Below, one piece after another: positions 1-8,043 of a stretch of DNA of 16,185 bases (positions are counted from its first letter, which is position 1; the number at the start of each line of letters is the position of its first letter). Below the pieces are notes generated by a model. It was not told the DNA's origin. It was given only the letters and a program-made list of their open reading frames with translations, and did no database searches. The translations under genes and the position numbers were made by a program. This DNA is from a bacterium (GTDB lineage: Bacteria > SAR324 > NAC60-12), in contig CBDBHR010000001.1 of NCBI GenBank assembly GCA_965205865.1, positions 1-16,185 on the forward strand. The letters are read 5' to 3'.

Positions 1-94
1 GAGTATGGGAGACTCCCGACAATCGGGAAGCCTGGTGCAACGATAATTCCGTTTGCTCTCTTTTCTCTTTCAAAAATTCTCCAATCGTTTTCAT
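1..94 (-). CDS. XRE-family helix-turn-helix transcriptional regulator, 5' part (runs off the left edge)
   Basis: Manual translation from ATG at 94 gives MKTIGEFLKEKREQTELSLHQASRLSGVSHT, a typical XRE/HTH_3 N-terminus. It is divergent from the IS91-like transposase. Confidence 0.8.
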   Translation of the reverse strand, partial: MKTIGEFLKEKREQTELSLHQASRLSGVSHT

Positions 95-308
95 AGTGTA
101 AATCATATCTTACTTTTTTCATTGGAATCAAGTTTATTTTGAGTGTAAGATGTACATAACAATATGTGTTTTCCATTTCCATCTCTCCAATAAGTATGGC
201 GAGACAGTCTATTCTCATCATGTGGGTAGAACCTGCTAAATCCTGACTATGCCTAAATTCTAAGATTGAAATTGGAAGACATAACTAACTATTAGAAGGG
301 AGTATTCC

Positions 309-1585
309 TTGATCTATAAGCGACGTCATCCTGAAAAAACAGAATACTACCGCATTATTGAAGCTAACTTTGAAGCCTTTGAAAGGAACTATCCAACCCT
401 CTTTGAGAACGATTATGGTTATCTGAGAAAAGAAGTCATGCAGGCCATTTACGCCTATCTGGACTGTGGGATTCCAGAGAATGGAGTGGCACGGGTGAGA
501 TGTGAATGTGGAGAAGACTTCTTTGTGGCCTTTTCCTGCAAAAAAAGAATGGTCTGTCCCAGTTGCTCGACAAAAAGGTCAATCCTCTTTGGCGAGAAAG
601 TTCGGCAAATCGTCAAGCCGTTTCCTCACCTTCATGTGACCTTCACCATCCCGAAAATACTCAGAGGTTATTTCCGCAGAAACAGAAAATTATTGAAATT
701 GTTGATCCAAAGCGCCAATTTTGCCATCGAACACTATTTTCACGAAGCTTTGGGTATGAAGGATGGCTATACTGGGGGAATCTATTGTATCCAATCCCAT
801 GGTTCTCTCCTAAATTTTCACCCCCACATTCACTCTCTGGTTCTTGGAGGAATCCTGAAAGATGATAAATTCTATCAACCCTTCCATATTTCTACCGATA
901 TCATTGCCAAAATATTCCGAGCAAGACTCCTGGCGGTCTTACTCAAGCAAGAAGTTATCACACAAGAACTCATCGACCTGCTGATGTCCTGGAATTATAA
1001 CTCCGGCTTTCAGGTCCATAGTGATCAAAAAATCAACGGAGCTAATGGTGATCGTATTGAAAAAATTGCCAGATATATGAGCCGGGCAGCCATCTCGGTC
1101 GAGAGAGTCGAGTTCAATCCCGAAGAGAACACGGTAACGGTTTATGAGAAACAAAAGAAAACTTCTTCCTCCAAAAAGGCCCATTACGATATATTGGAGT
1201 TTATGGCCCTATTGGCAGGGCATATCCCTTCACCCTACGAAACAATCACTTTTTATTATGGGATTTATAGCAGCTCCTATCGAGGCAAGGAAAGAAAAGA
1301 AAAAAGATCAAAGGAAAAGCGAAAGCCAGCGCAAGTTGGGCACGGCTGATCCATAAAATCTTCGAAGTCAATCCCCTTTTATGCCCAAATTGCGGCAAAG
1401 AAATGAAGATCATCGCTTTTATTACCAATCATCAGGAAATCAAAAAAATATTGAAACATATCGGTGAGGAAACACAAAGAGCGCCGCCACTGCCATCTAT
1501 CACCCCCTATGAGACGGATGACTACTATGCCGACTACATCCCCCCGGATGAAGTCTATTTTGCTGATGAAGAATGGGTATCTTGA
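309..1585 (+). pseudogene. IS91/ISCR-family rolling-circle (HUH) transposase, frameshifted near the C-terminus
   Basis: Zn-binding motif (RCECG..FSCKKRMVCPSC), HVTFTIP, HUH motif HPHIH and RYMSR. The main frame stops at 1349, but the family C-terminus (SWARLIHKIFEVNPLLCPNCGKEMKIIAFIT) continues in another frame from ~1300 to the stop at 1585. Confidence 0.88.
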
Positions 1586-1770
1586 AAATTCTCCAGAAAA
1601 ACCCAGGGATCGCTTTGTCCAAAATCCGGCATTTTCAAACCAGCATAAAAGAAAAGCGATAAAAAAATGAACATGCCGCACACCCTCCCAGGAAACCTTC
1701 CAAAAAAACAAAAATATCCCTCCTAATTTTATCTTTACACACATATTTCCAAATGCTATCGTCTTGTGTA

Positions 1771-1790
1771 ATTTTTGATTTTCCTATGTG
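1771..1790 (+). mobile_element. Putative oriIS end of the IS91/ISCR-like element
   Basis: TTTTGATTTTCCTAT lies ~190 bp after the transposase stop and resembles the TTTxAAxTTCCTAT oriIS motif of IS91/ISCR elements. Confidence 0.5.
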
Positions 1791-1815
1791 GCTGGAACGA
1801 TCGTCGTGTGCGCAT

Positions 1816-1832
1816 CCGAAAGTCATGTAAAA
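1816..1832. repeat. Orphan copy of the terminal IR of the 8322-12486 element
   Basis: CCGAAAGTCATGTAA is identical to 12472-12486, and 17 bp match the reverse complement of 8320-8336. Confidence 0.7.
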
Positions 1833-1984
1833 TAAATCTGTCCCCTTTTTTGAAAAATTTGGAGGAATTGCATGAAGAGTTTAGCCATTTTGGCCCGGTC
1901 CCCGTCAAACCCTGACACGTTCACCGGAGGCAGCAATGACTATCCACGGATCTTTCTCCAATTTGATTGGGACACTTCATCTCT

Positions 1985-2127
1985 TGTAAGAGGACGATTA
2001 AAAGCCTGCCGTAACCCACAACAAATACCAATAGAGAAAGAATTGAGGTGGGAGCGGGCGATGAAGGAGAAGCATGAGACGAGTTGATGCGAATGTCATT
2101 CTTCGATATGTTTTGGAAGACGATTAG
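1985..2127 (+). pseudogene. Remnant vapBC-type TA junction: antitoxin C-terminus plus truncated PIN toxin N-terminus
   Basis: RGRLKACRNPQQIPIEKELRWERAMKEKHETS* (stop 2087) overlaps ATG 2074, which reads MRRVDANVILRYVLEDD*, the classic PIN-domain start (DANxxLRY). Confidence 0.7.
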
Positions 2128-2183
2128 TTGCTGTGATGGATCTTCTTATTTGCGTGGTCTTCGTTTATTGTCTGAGTGGTGTC

Positions 2184-2271
2184 TGCTAACGTTGAGTACA
2201 CAGGTTTCTTTTTTGCAGAATGAGAGACGAACGGCGCAAAAAAGAAATCCTTGCGCAACGCCTTGCTCGCC
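2184..2271 (-). other. attC-like integron cassette recombination site (degenerate R'')
   Basis: Minus strand reads GGCGAGC-AAGGC-GTTGCGCA-AGG-A-TTTCTTTTTTGC-loop-GCAAAAAAGAAA-CCT-GTGTAC-TCAAC-GTTAGCA. This is a hairpin with two extrahelical bases and a GTTAG core, 11 bp after the mazF stop. Confidence 0.7.
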
Positions 2272-2282
2272 CTACTATCTAT

Positions 2283-2648
2283 CTATTTCAGTTCAAATAC
2301 ATATTTTAAGGCTTGATCAATCTCTTCCATTTTTATTGACTCTAATTTCCCTCTTTGCTTCACGAATCGGTGCTTCCAATCAATGGGTCGTGTTTGTAAA
2401 CAATCTGCAACAGATTTCTTCGTTAGTCCATTCTCTGCTGAGGGTAATAATTCTACATTCGTTTTAATTTTTGCTTTTTTGGGACTCCATGCAGTAATGG
2501 GAATCACCTGGACAACAGGGACTCTTTCATTATAAATATCATTGGTCACAATGAGACAAGGACGAATTTTACCTTTTTCAGCGCCTTGAATCGGATCAAG
2601 ATTCACATCAATGATCACTCCACGCTTCACTGTTTTCATTCTGGCCAT
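2283..2648 (-). CDS. mazF: Type II TA toxin, PemK/MazF family endoribonuclease
   Basis: 121 aa with KRG.I..V.LDP..G.E..K.RP.LIVTND and ENGL.K.S.A...Q.R.ID..R motifs. Confidence 0.93.
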   Translation of the reverse strand: MARMKTVKRGVIIDVNLDPIQGAEKGKIRPCLIVTNDIYNERVPVVQVIPITAWSPKKAKIKTNVELLPSAENGLTKKSVADCLQTRPIDWKHRFVKQRGKLESIKMEEIDQALKYVFELK

Positions 2649-2869
2649 CCTGAAATCGCCGCTTCTGTAAGTTCTTGGGTTTCTACCTCTTCTTCATACA
2701 TTTCAGCATACAATTCAGCAGACCTTCTCATTTCCTTCCTCACTAATTCTTTCTTCAAACGTTCTAATGCTATCCGTACTAGCGTACTTTTATCCTTGAA
2801 ACCATAGAACCGAAAATTATTTAAAAACTCAATATGAGTCTCTTCCAGAGTAAACTTAGCCTGTTTCAT
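2636..2869 (-). CDS. Cognate antitoxin (ribbon-helix-helix-like N-terminus, acidic C-terminus)
   Basis: 77 aa, GAGG RBS, overlaps the toxin start by 13 nt, KSTLVRIALE helix and acidic tail. Confidence 0.82.
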   Translation of the reverse strand: MKQAKFTLEETHIEFLNNFRFYGFKDKSTLVRIALERLKKELVRKEMRRSAELYAEMYEEEVETQELTEAAISGWPE

Positions 2870-2909
2870 AAGTACCTCAATAATGGACTAATTTAGGGAT
2901 ATAGAAAAT

Positions 2910-3011
2910 ACCCTCAATATAAGGCCTAATACAGGTCGAGTCAATATAAATGATGAAATTAAGAATATTTGATTGAGGGAAAGCAAATTGGCAGAATGGC
3001 TAGAAATGCTT
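2910..3011 (-). repeat. ~100-bp cassette leader, copy 1 (inverted relative to 5617-5718)
   Basis: AAGCATTTC..CCAATTTGCTTTCCCTCAATCAA..TTGACTCGACCTGTATTAGGCCTTATATT is shared with copy 2, with scattered substitutions. Confidence 0.88.
2916..2944 (-). promoter_or_regulatory. Sigma70-type promoter of the TA operon
   Basis: TTGACT-17 bp-TATATT, 46 bp upstream of the antitoxin ATG. An identical copy is at 5684-5712. Confidence 0.7.
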
Positions 3012-3102
3012 TCCGTCCATCCTATCGCCAAGTTCAGGCTTGTATAGGGGAATGAGAATAATTAGTCTTGAAGAAGTCTTTGATGGTTTCCCGAAACGAT
3101 CT

Positions 3103-3219
3103 TCATGACCTCCAGATGACCGCAAATCCTCCATTATTGCAGACGATGACGATCAGCTTGTGCCTGCTGAGCACAGAACTGTCAATGTCACTGTTCCTCA
3201 TCAGGGAAGAATCGTCTAA
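3103..3219 (-). pseudogene. Fragment of a TPP-dependent enzyme, IolD-like
   Basis: LDDSSLMRNSDIDSSVLSRHKLIVIVCNNGGFAVIWR resembles the IolD TPP-binding motif (GDGSYLMMNSDIYSSVL..KLIVVVCDNGGFAVINRL), heavily decayed. Confidence 0.6.
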
Positions 3220-3284
3220 TCGAGAAAAAAGCAGATTTATTTATGAAAAAAAGGGGACAGATTTATTTAAAAATCCCGCGAATT

Positions 3285-3489
3285 TTTGATGATTACGTCC
3301 ACCTGACCAAATTCGTTCCATGCATAGTCCGCTAAGGCCTCAACATCTTCTCGCTTTGAAACATCACAGGTATGGTAGCAAGCATCTAAGCCATCCCCGG
3401 CAAGCATATCGACTGCATCCTTGAGTCTGCTCTCCCGACGAGCAGCAATGAGAACCCGGGCACCTTGTTGCCGAATAGTTTTGCCAAAG
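3285..3489 (-). pseudogene. Short-chain dehydrogenase/reductase fragment
   Basis: GARVLIAARRESRL..CDVSKREDVEALADYAWNEFGQVDVII. It lacks the TGxxxGIG start and is cut at the NNAG position next to the 22-bp IR. Confidence 0.8.
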
Positions 3490-3659
3490 TTTACGCCTCT
3501 CCAGAGATTCAAGAGAAATTGCAGTCCTCCGCACTCGGTGCCTTGTCATGCCTATGCACGCCCTTGCGGATGTGGAAGACAATCGTGAGCGGGTCGGGCA
3601 TTTCCCAGCTTTCCGCCAACTGCCCTCTGATCGCAAAAAGAGGCGTGAAGTTTGACTTA

Positions 3660-4585
3660 GAACTTATCCTTTAATAACTTGAAAATTGGTATTTCCTGCA
3701 TTATTTTTGTCATCATGTTCAACCATAAACGCATGGAGGCTATATGGCAAAAGTACAGTCGTGGGAAGTATCTGATTCATTTTGGGCCAGAGTGGAGCCA
3801 CTGATACCAAAACCCAAACGTGACCCGAACAAGACCTACAAGCGCAAACCCGGTGGTGGTAGAAAGCCAATGCCTGCGCGCCAAATTTTCGAGGGAATTG
3901 TATATGTTTTGCGCACCGGTTGTCAATGGAGAGCCCTTCCCAAGGAAAAATATGGGAGTCCTAGTGCCATCCATGCTCATTTCATGCGTTGGAATGAAGC
4001 GGGTTTCTTTTTGTCGCTTTGGCAAGCCGGACTTGCCGAATATGATGAGATGGAAGGGATCTCCTGGAAATGGCAAAGCATAGACGGCACGACTGTCAAA
4101 GCCCCACTGGCTCAGGAAACCGTTGGTCGAAACCCGACTGACAGGGGAAAAAAAAGGGAGCAAGCGTCATTTGCTGGTTGACGGCCGTGGTGTCCCGCTG
4201 TCCCTCGTCGTAACCGGGGCGAACCGGCATGATGTGACACAGTTGGAATTGGTCTTGGAGGAAATCGTCATTGCGCGGCCTGAGGGCATTGAACAACATC
4301 TGTGCGCAGACAAAGGCTACCACGGTGAGCCAGCATCACAGATCATTCGATCCAATGACTATGTGCCACATGTGAAAAAACGGGGTGAAGAGATTCAAGA
4401 AAAAAAAGCAAATCCCCAATACAGACCCAGAAGATGGGTCGTCGAGGTGAGCCATTCATGGTTCAACAGGTTTCGCAAGATAATGGTCCGATTCGAAAAA
4501 TATAATCAAACTTATCTCGCACTGCTTCAATTGGCTGCAGCTATCATAACTTACAGGAAAGTTAATGTTATTTAAGGATAAGTTT
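3660..4585 (+). mobile_element. IS5-family insertion sequence, 926 bp, TTA target duplication
   Basis: IRs GAACTTATCCTTTAATAAC / GTTATTTAAGGATAAGTTT, with TTA at 3657-3659 and 4586-4588. Confidence 0.92.
3744..4575 (+). CDS. IS5-family transposase in two overlapping ORFs joined at a GGGG-A8-GGG run (4144-4158)
   Basis: OrfA has LRTGCQWRALP and SIDGT. OrfB has GSKRHLLVDGRG, ADKGY and RWVVE. Joining them needs a +1 shift or loss of one A. Confidence 0.88.
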
Positions 4586-5219
4586 TTAAAGTGGTGTTCG
4601 TTCCGATCGATTCCCCAGTTCCCGTCGGCTAACTTCTCGACAACGCCACTGTGGGCGGCGCCTGCCGGTGAACCAAACCAGGAGTCCGTATGCGGAGGCT
4701 CACTCTTCTTGGCATAGGTCAAGGTGCCGCCATATTCCGGTGCACTCACCATCTTGCCGGTGGTGGGATCGGTCACATACTTCTGGGCGGCTGCCGGGCT
4801 GACCCACAGGGAAAACGTACCCAGGATGAAGGCCAGCAGCATGGATTGCATTTTTGCGGCAGACCCGAAGCCTGCCGGGATCAGACCCACGATAGGCACG
4901 AAAAGTTTATTTAAAATACTCATAATAACCTCTTTTACTTGAGGGTTTTGAAAACGATTCACCCGCCCTAGAGCGAATCGGAGTTTCGCAGCAGACCCGT
5001 CGTCTGCCGGGTTTGGCCCCACGAGAGGAGCAAAAAGTTGTTTGAAATACATGTCCATGATAACTCCTTATACAAGAGATTGACAATACTTCACCCAGCC
5101 ATTGAGCCCATCGAAAGAACGGGGGCTCGAACGCCCGGATGAGGGAAAAAAGATTCCCGGGAAGAGATAATTTTTTTCATTTTATCTCTTTCTCCAGCAA
5201 TCCTATGGCACAAAGTATG

Positions 5220-5239
5220 ATCATCATCATCATCATCAT
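5220..5239. repeat. (ATC)6 microsatellite upstream of the SBP gene
   Basis: Directly visible trinucleotide run. Confidence 0.8.
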
Positions 5240-5545
5240 GAAATCAAGCTAAAAATGCACTTTGGATTATTTATTTGATATTTTTTTTTGGAAGGGGTTT
5301 TTAGGGCAGAGATTCCGATAAATTTGAGAAACAGGATTAGTCATTGCGAGCAACTCTATCAAATGTCTTTTCTCAGATTCCGCTGAATCCAACGTCTCCA
5401 GCGTGTTTTTCCATTGCGGTATTTTTTTCTGCCAATTACTCCTCTCCCTTTCTCTTCCCATTGCGAATCATTTTATATTGTTCGCTTTGCGGTCTAATGT
5501 GTTATCGTTTATAGTGATTCGACTGATAACCGCTCAAGAAAAAAG

Positions 5546-5610
5546 TGCCAACCAGCGGCTCAACTTGATTTCTTCCCTGCAGACAGAAACAAGTTAGCTC
5601 TGCGTTCGGC
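5546..5610 (+). other. attC integron cassette recombination site
   Basis: TGCCAAC-CAGCG-GCTCAACT-TG-A-TTTCT-loop-AGAAA-CA-AGTTAGC-TCTGC-GTTCGGC. Canonical R''/L''/L'/R' spacing, AAC/GTT triplets and two extrahelical bases. Confidence 0.8.
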
Positions 5611-5616
5611 TATACA

Positions 5617-5718
5617 AGCATTTCCAGCCGTTCTTCCAATTTGCTTTCCCTCAATCAATTATTCTCAATTGTCATCATTTAAATTGACTCGACCTGTATT
5701 AGGCCTTATATTAAGGAT
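5617..5718 (+). repeat. Cassette leader, copy 2, with promoter TTGACT(5684)-17-TATATT(5712)
   Basis: Inverted near-copy of 2910-3011. It begins just after the attC and is cut by IS1380 at 5726. Confidence 0.88.
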
Positions 5719-5725
5719 ATATTAT

Positions 5726-7313
5726 CCTAAGTTGAGCGATTCGTAATAAAAAAAGCTCTCAACCTTGGGGAAAATGTGTTATATTTCAGTGAGTAAAAAC
5801 AATATCACGACAAAATCTAACACAACCCAACAGGTAGAGAGCTTTATGGGAAAAAATATAACATTTCAGGATAAAAAGAAACAGATAATTGATGCCATTC
5901 AGCCAACCGATGAACACTTGACAAGTCGTGCCGGATTGGCCTTGTTTGCCCAGTATCTGCAAAACATTCGGCTGATGCCGATCATCGAAAGGATGTTTGG
6001 TTCGATGCGTAAAAAATAAAAAAGGAATTGCTGTCTCTGATTTTTTTGCGCAGATACTTTGTTTTTTCATGGACGGCAGCAGTCGTCATATCAGTTGGTT
6101 CGATCACCTCAAAAGGGACGAGGGTTATGCCGCGTTGTTGTCATGCAGTGAGCAGGACCTTGCCTCCTCGCATGCCGTGAAAAGATTTTTTGGAAAGTTC
6201 TCTTTTGTACGAGTCTACCTGTTTCGTCATCTGCTGCAGATACTGTTTATCTGGAGACTGAAGAAGACTTGTCCAACGGTGATTGTGTTGGGTCTGGATT
6301 CGATGGTACTTGATAATGATGATGCCTTGAAACGCCATGGTGTCCAGCCGACTTACAAGAATGTCAAAGGATTTCATCCCCTGCAGATGAATTGGGGTCG
6401 TTATATGGTTGACGCCGTTTTTCGCGGAGGTAGCAAACATTCGAATCACGGGAAAACTGTTCAGAAGATGCTGGTTCATATCGTGAAAAAGATTCGCCGC
6501 GAATACCGAGATGATGTACCAATCATGGTGCGCATGGACGCCGCTTTTTTTGACGAAAAGATCTTTGAAACCTGTGAACGACTGAACATCGGTTATCTCT
6601 GCGGAGGAAAGTCCTATGCCAATGTGAGGAATGCTGCGGAAGAAGCCACTGACTGGCGGACCTTCACTTCATCGGCCAACTCTCTTTGCCGGGTTTGGAT
6701 CATGATGGCGTGATCATTACGAACCTTGGTATGGGAGAGGCCATTGATGGCCAACTCAGCCAAGCCGCTGAAGAAAAGCGCATCGATGCTCATAGCATCC
6801 TTGGCTCGTACCACGGACGGGGAAAGGATGAACTGGCCAACCGGGTGCTGAAAAACTTTGGTCATCAACAACTACCATTCAAGGACTTCATCTCCAATAC
6901 CGCATGGTACTATCTGGTGCTGCTTGGCAATAACCTCTTCGAAGCCTTCAAAGAAGATGTCAGCAAGCCAGTGATTGCGGTAACGATGTATGCTGATACC
7001 TTCCGGCGCCAGTTTCTTGATACGGCAGGCAATTGGACCAACTATTTGCCACCTGCCAGCATGCATTGGCGCCAATCTGATCAACGGGTTTCGCTTCAAT
7101 TAAAAAACAAAAACATTAAAGTTTAAGGGGATAAGTGCGTCCAGAACATGAGAAATGAAGACTTTCCACATCTGAAAACAGCATTTTGATGCTCATTCTC
7201 ACTCAAACATCCATGGATTTGAAGATCAAAATCTGATTTCAGAATGATTGCCTTTCTCAGGCAAAAAAATCATCTTGAAAATCTGATCCTTTTTCAGAAT
7301 CGCTCAATTTAGG
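5726..7313 (+). mobile_element. IS1380-family element, copy 1 (defective, no TSD)
   Basis: IRs CCTAAGTTGAGCGATTC / GAATCGCTCAATTTAGG. Transposase motifs LTSRAGL, LDS, FHPL, VRMD and YHGRG..E. Relative to copy 2 it has an extra A at ~6011-6016 and deletions of 100 bp (~6675) and 64 bp (~7032). Confidence 0.92.
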
Positions 7314-7332
7314 AAATGATAAATTTAAGGAC

Positions 7333-7361
7333 TTGATTCCTCAAATCCTCCCTGTTACAAT
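7333..7361 (+). promoter_or_regulatory. Sigma70-type promoter with extended -10
   Basis: TTGATT-17 bp-TACAAT with TG preceding the -10. The structured region begins 7 bp later. Confidence 0.6.
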
Positions 7362-7367
7362 CTTCTC

Positions 7368-7530
7368 TACCAACGTCATTTTGGACTATTGTCGGGTTTC
7401 CTGACAAATAAAATAGTCTTTTTTATTGGGTATAGGGTAGCTCCCTGAACCCCGACAAATACTCAGGACATCTTCCATTTCTAAAATGATGTTGGTAATA
7501 GCCCGGCACCCTACCGTAAGGGGTGCCTGC
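7368..7530 (+). ncRNA. Candidate structured leader/antisense RNA with C4/CI-like architecture
   Basis: 18-bp pairing of 7368-7385 with 7480-7497 (2 G-U). 7389-7400 pairs with 7447-7458 or forms a local hairpin followed by a T-run. Further hairpins are AGGG-TAGCT-CCCT and GGCACCCT..GGGGTGCC. Confidence 0.5.
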
Positions 7531-7882
7531 CATTACAAACAATCGAAGCGGAGAGGAAATATGTCTAAAATACTGTATTGTCTCATCCTATTTCTAAATT
7601 TCCACTTTTTTCAAAAGCTACAACGACTAATACGAGATAGGCCGGGTTTGGTCTTGAAGGTGGTTGTGTTGTGTCATTAATGGCGATCATGAGCTCCTGT
7701 GGGGGATCGGACTCCCCTTGAGATACCGACACGGACGGGGTGTCGTGTTTTGGACGAACGCCTCTAAGAATTTGTTTGGTTAAGAATTTTCTCGATTGCT
7801 CGATTTTCCACTTTTTTCAAACGATCGATAGTTTGGAAACGCTTAAAACCACTGTACAGATTCATTGGCTTGTACCCCCTGG

Positions 7883-7954
7883 TGTCATCTCGACCTCAGG
7901 GAGAGATCCTTGAGATTCTTCACCGCTTCGGCGGACCGATTCGTTGGGAATGAC
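7883..7954. repeat. REP-like palindromic element (degenerate)
   Basis: TGTCATCTCGACC..GGAGAGATC..AGATTCTTCA..GTTGGGAATGAC, with imperfectly complementary ends. Confidence 0.5.
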
Positions 7955-7998
7955 CCCCTAACGGATGGGAAACAAGCTGACGAACTACTGCACCTGAG

Positions 7999-8043
7999 TC
8001 CCAAGTTCCAAAATCCCAAGTTCCAAAATCCCAAGTTCCAAAA
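7999..8043. repeat. Perfect 15-bp tandem repeat x3 (TCCCAAGTTCCAAAA)
   Basis: Units at 7999, 8014 and 8029. Confidence 0.92.

Larger units (their letters stand above)
1830..3268. repeat. Segment bounded by a perfect 22-bp inverted repeat (1830-1851 / 3247-3268)
   Basis: AAATAAATCTGTCCCCTTTTTT versus AAAAAAGGGGACAGATTTATTT. A partial third copy, CAGATTTATTT, is at 3232-3242. No TSD seen. Confidence 0.8.
3509..5058 (-). pseudogene. ABC transporter family-5 substrate-binding protein, interrupted by IS5 and 3'-truncated
   Basis: Signal peptide ending AAA-Q, then PEYGGTLT. Removing 3660-4585 and one TTA restores the frame (HHFKSNFTPLFAIRGQLAESWEMPDPLTIVFHIRKGVHRHDKAP), which stops at 3509. Possible starts are 5058 and 4923. 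Confidence 0.85.

Noticed and set aside
4456..4585. C-terminus of the 200-aa ORF 4456-5058
   Set aside because: It is read-through into the IS5 element; the real SBP frame resumes at 3656.
5200..5225. Sigma54 promoter at TGGCAC
   Set aside because: No correctly spaced GG-N10-GC on either strand.
5267..5597. ORFs 5267-5461(-) and 5403-5597(+), with faint BrnT-like VIRLITA
   Set aside because: No convincing motif or RBS, and the plus-strand ORF runs through the attC.
7999..8043. Possible mini-CRISPR
   Set aside because: The 15-bp units are contiguous with no spacers, and there are no cas genes.
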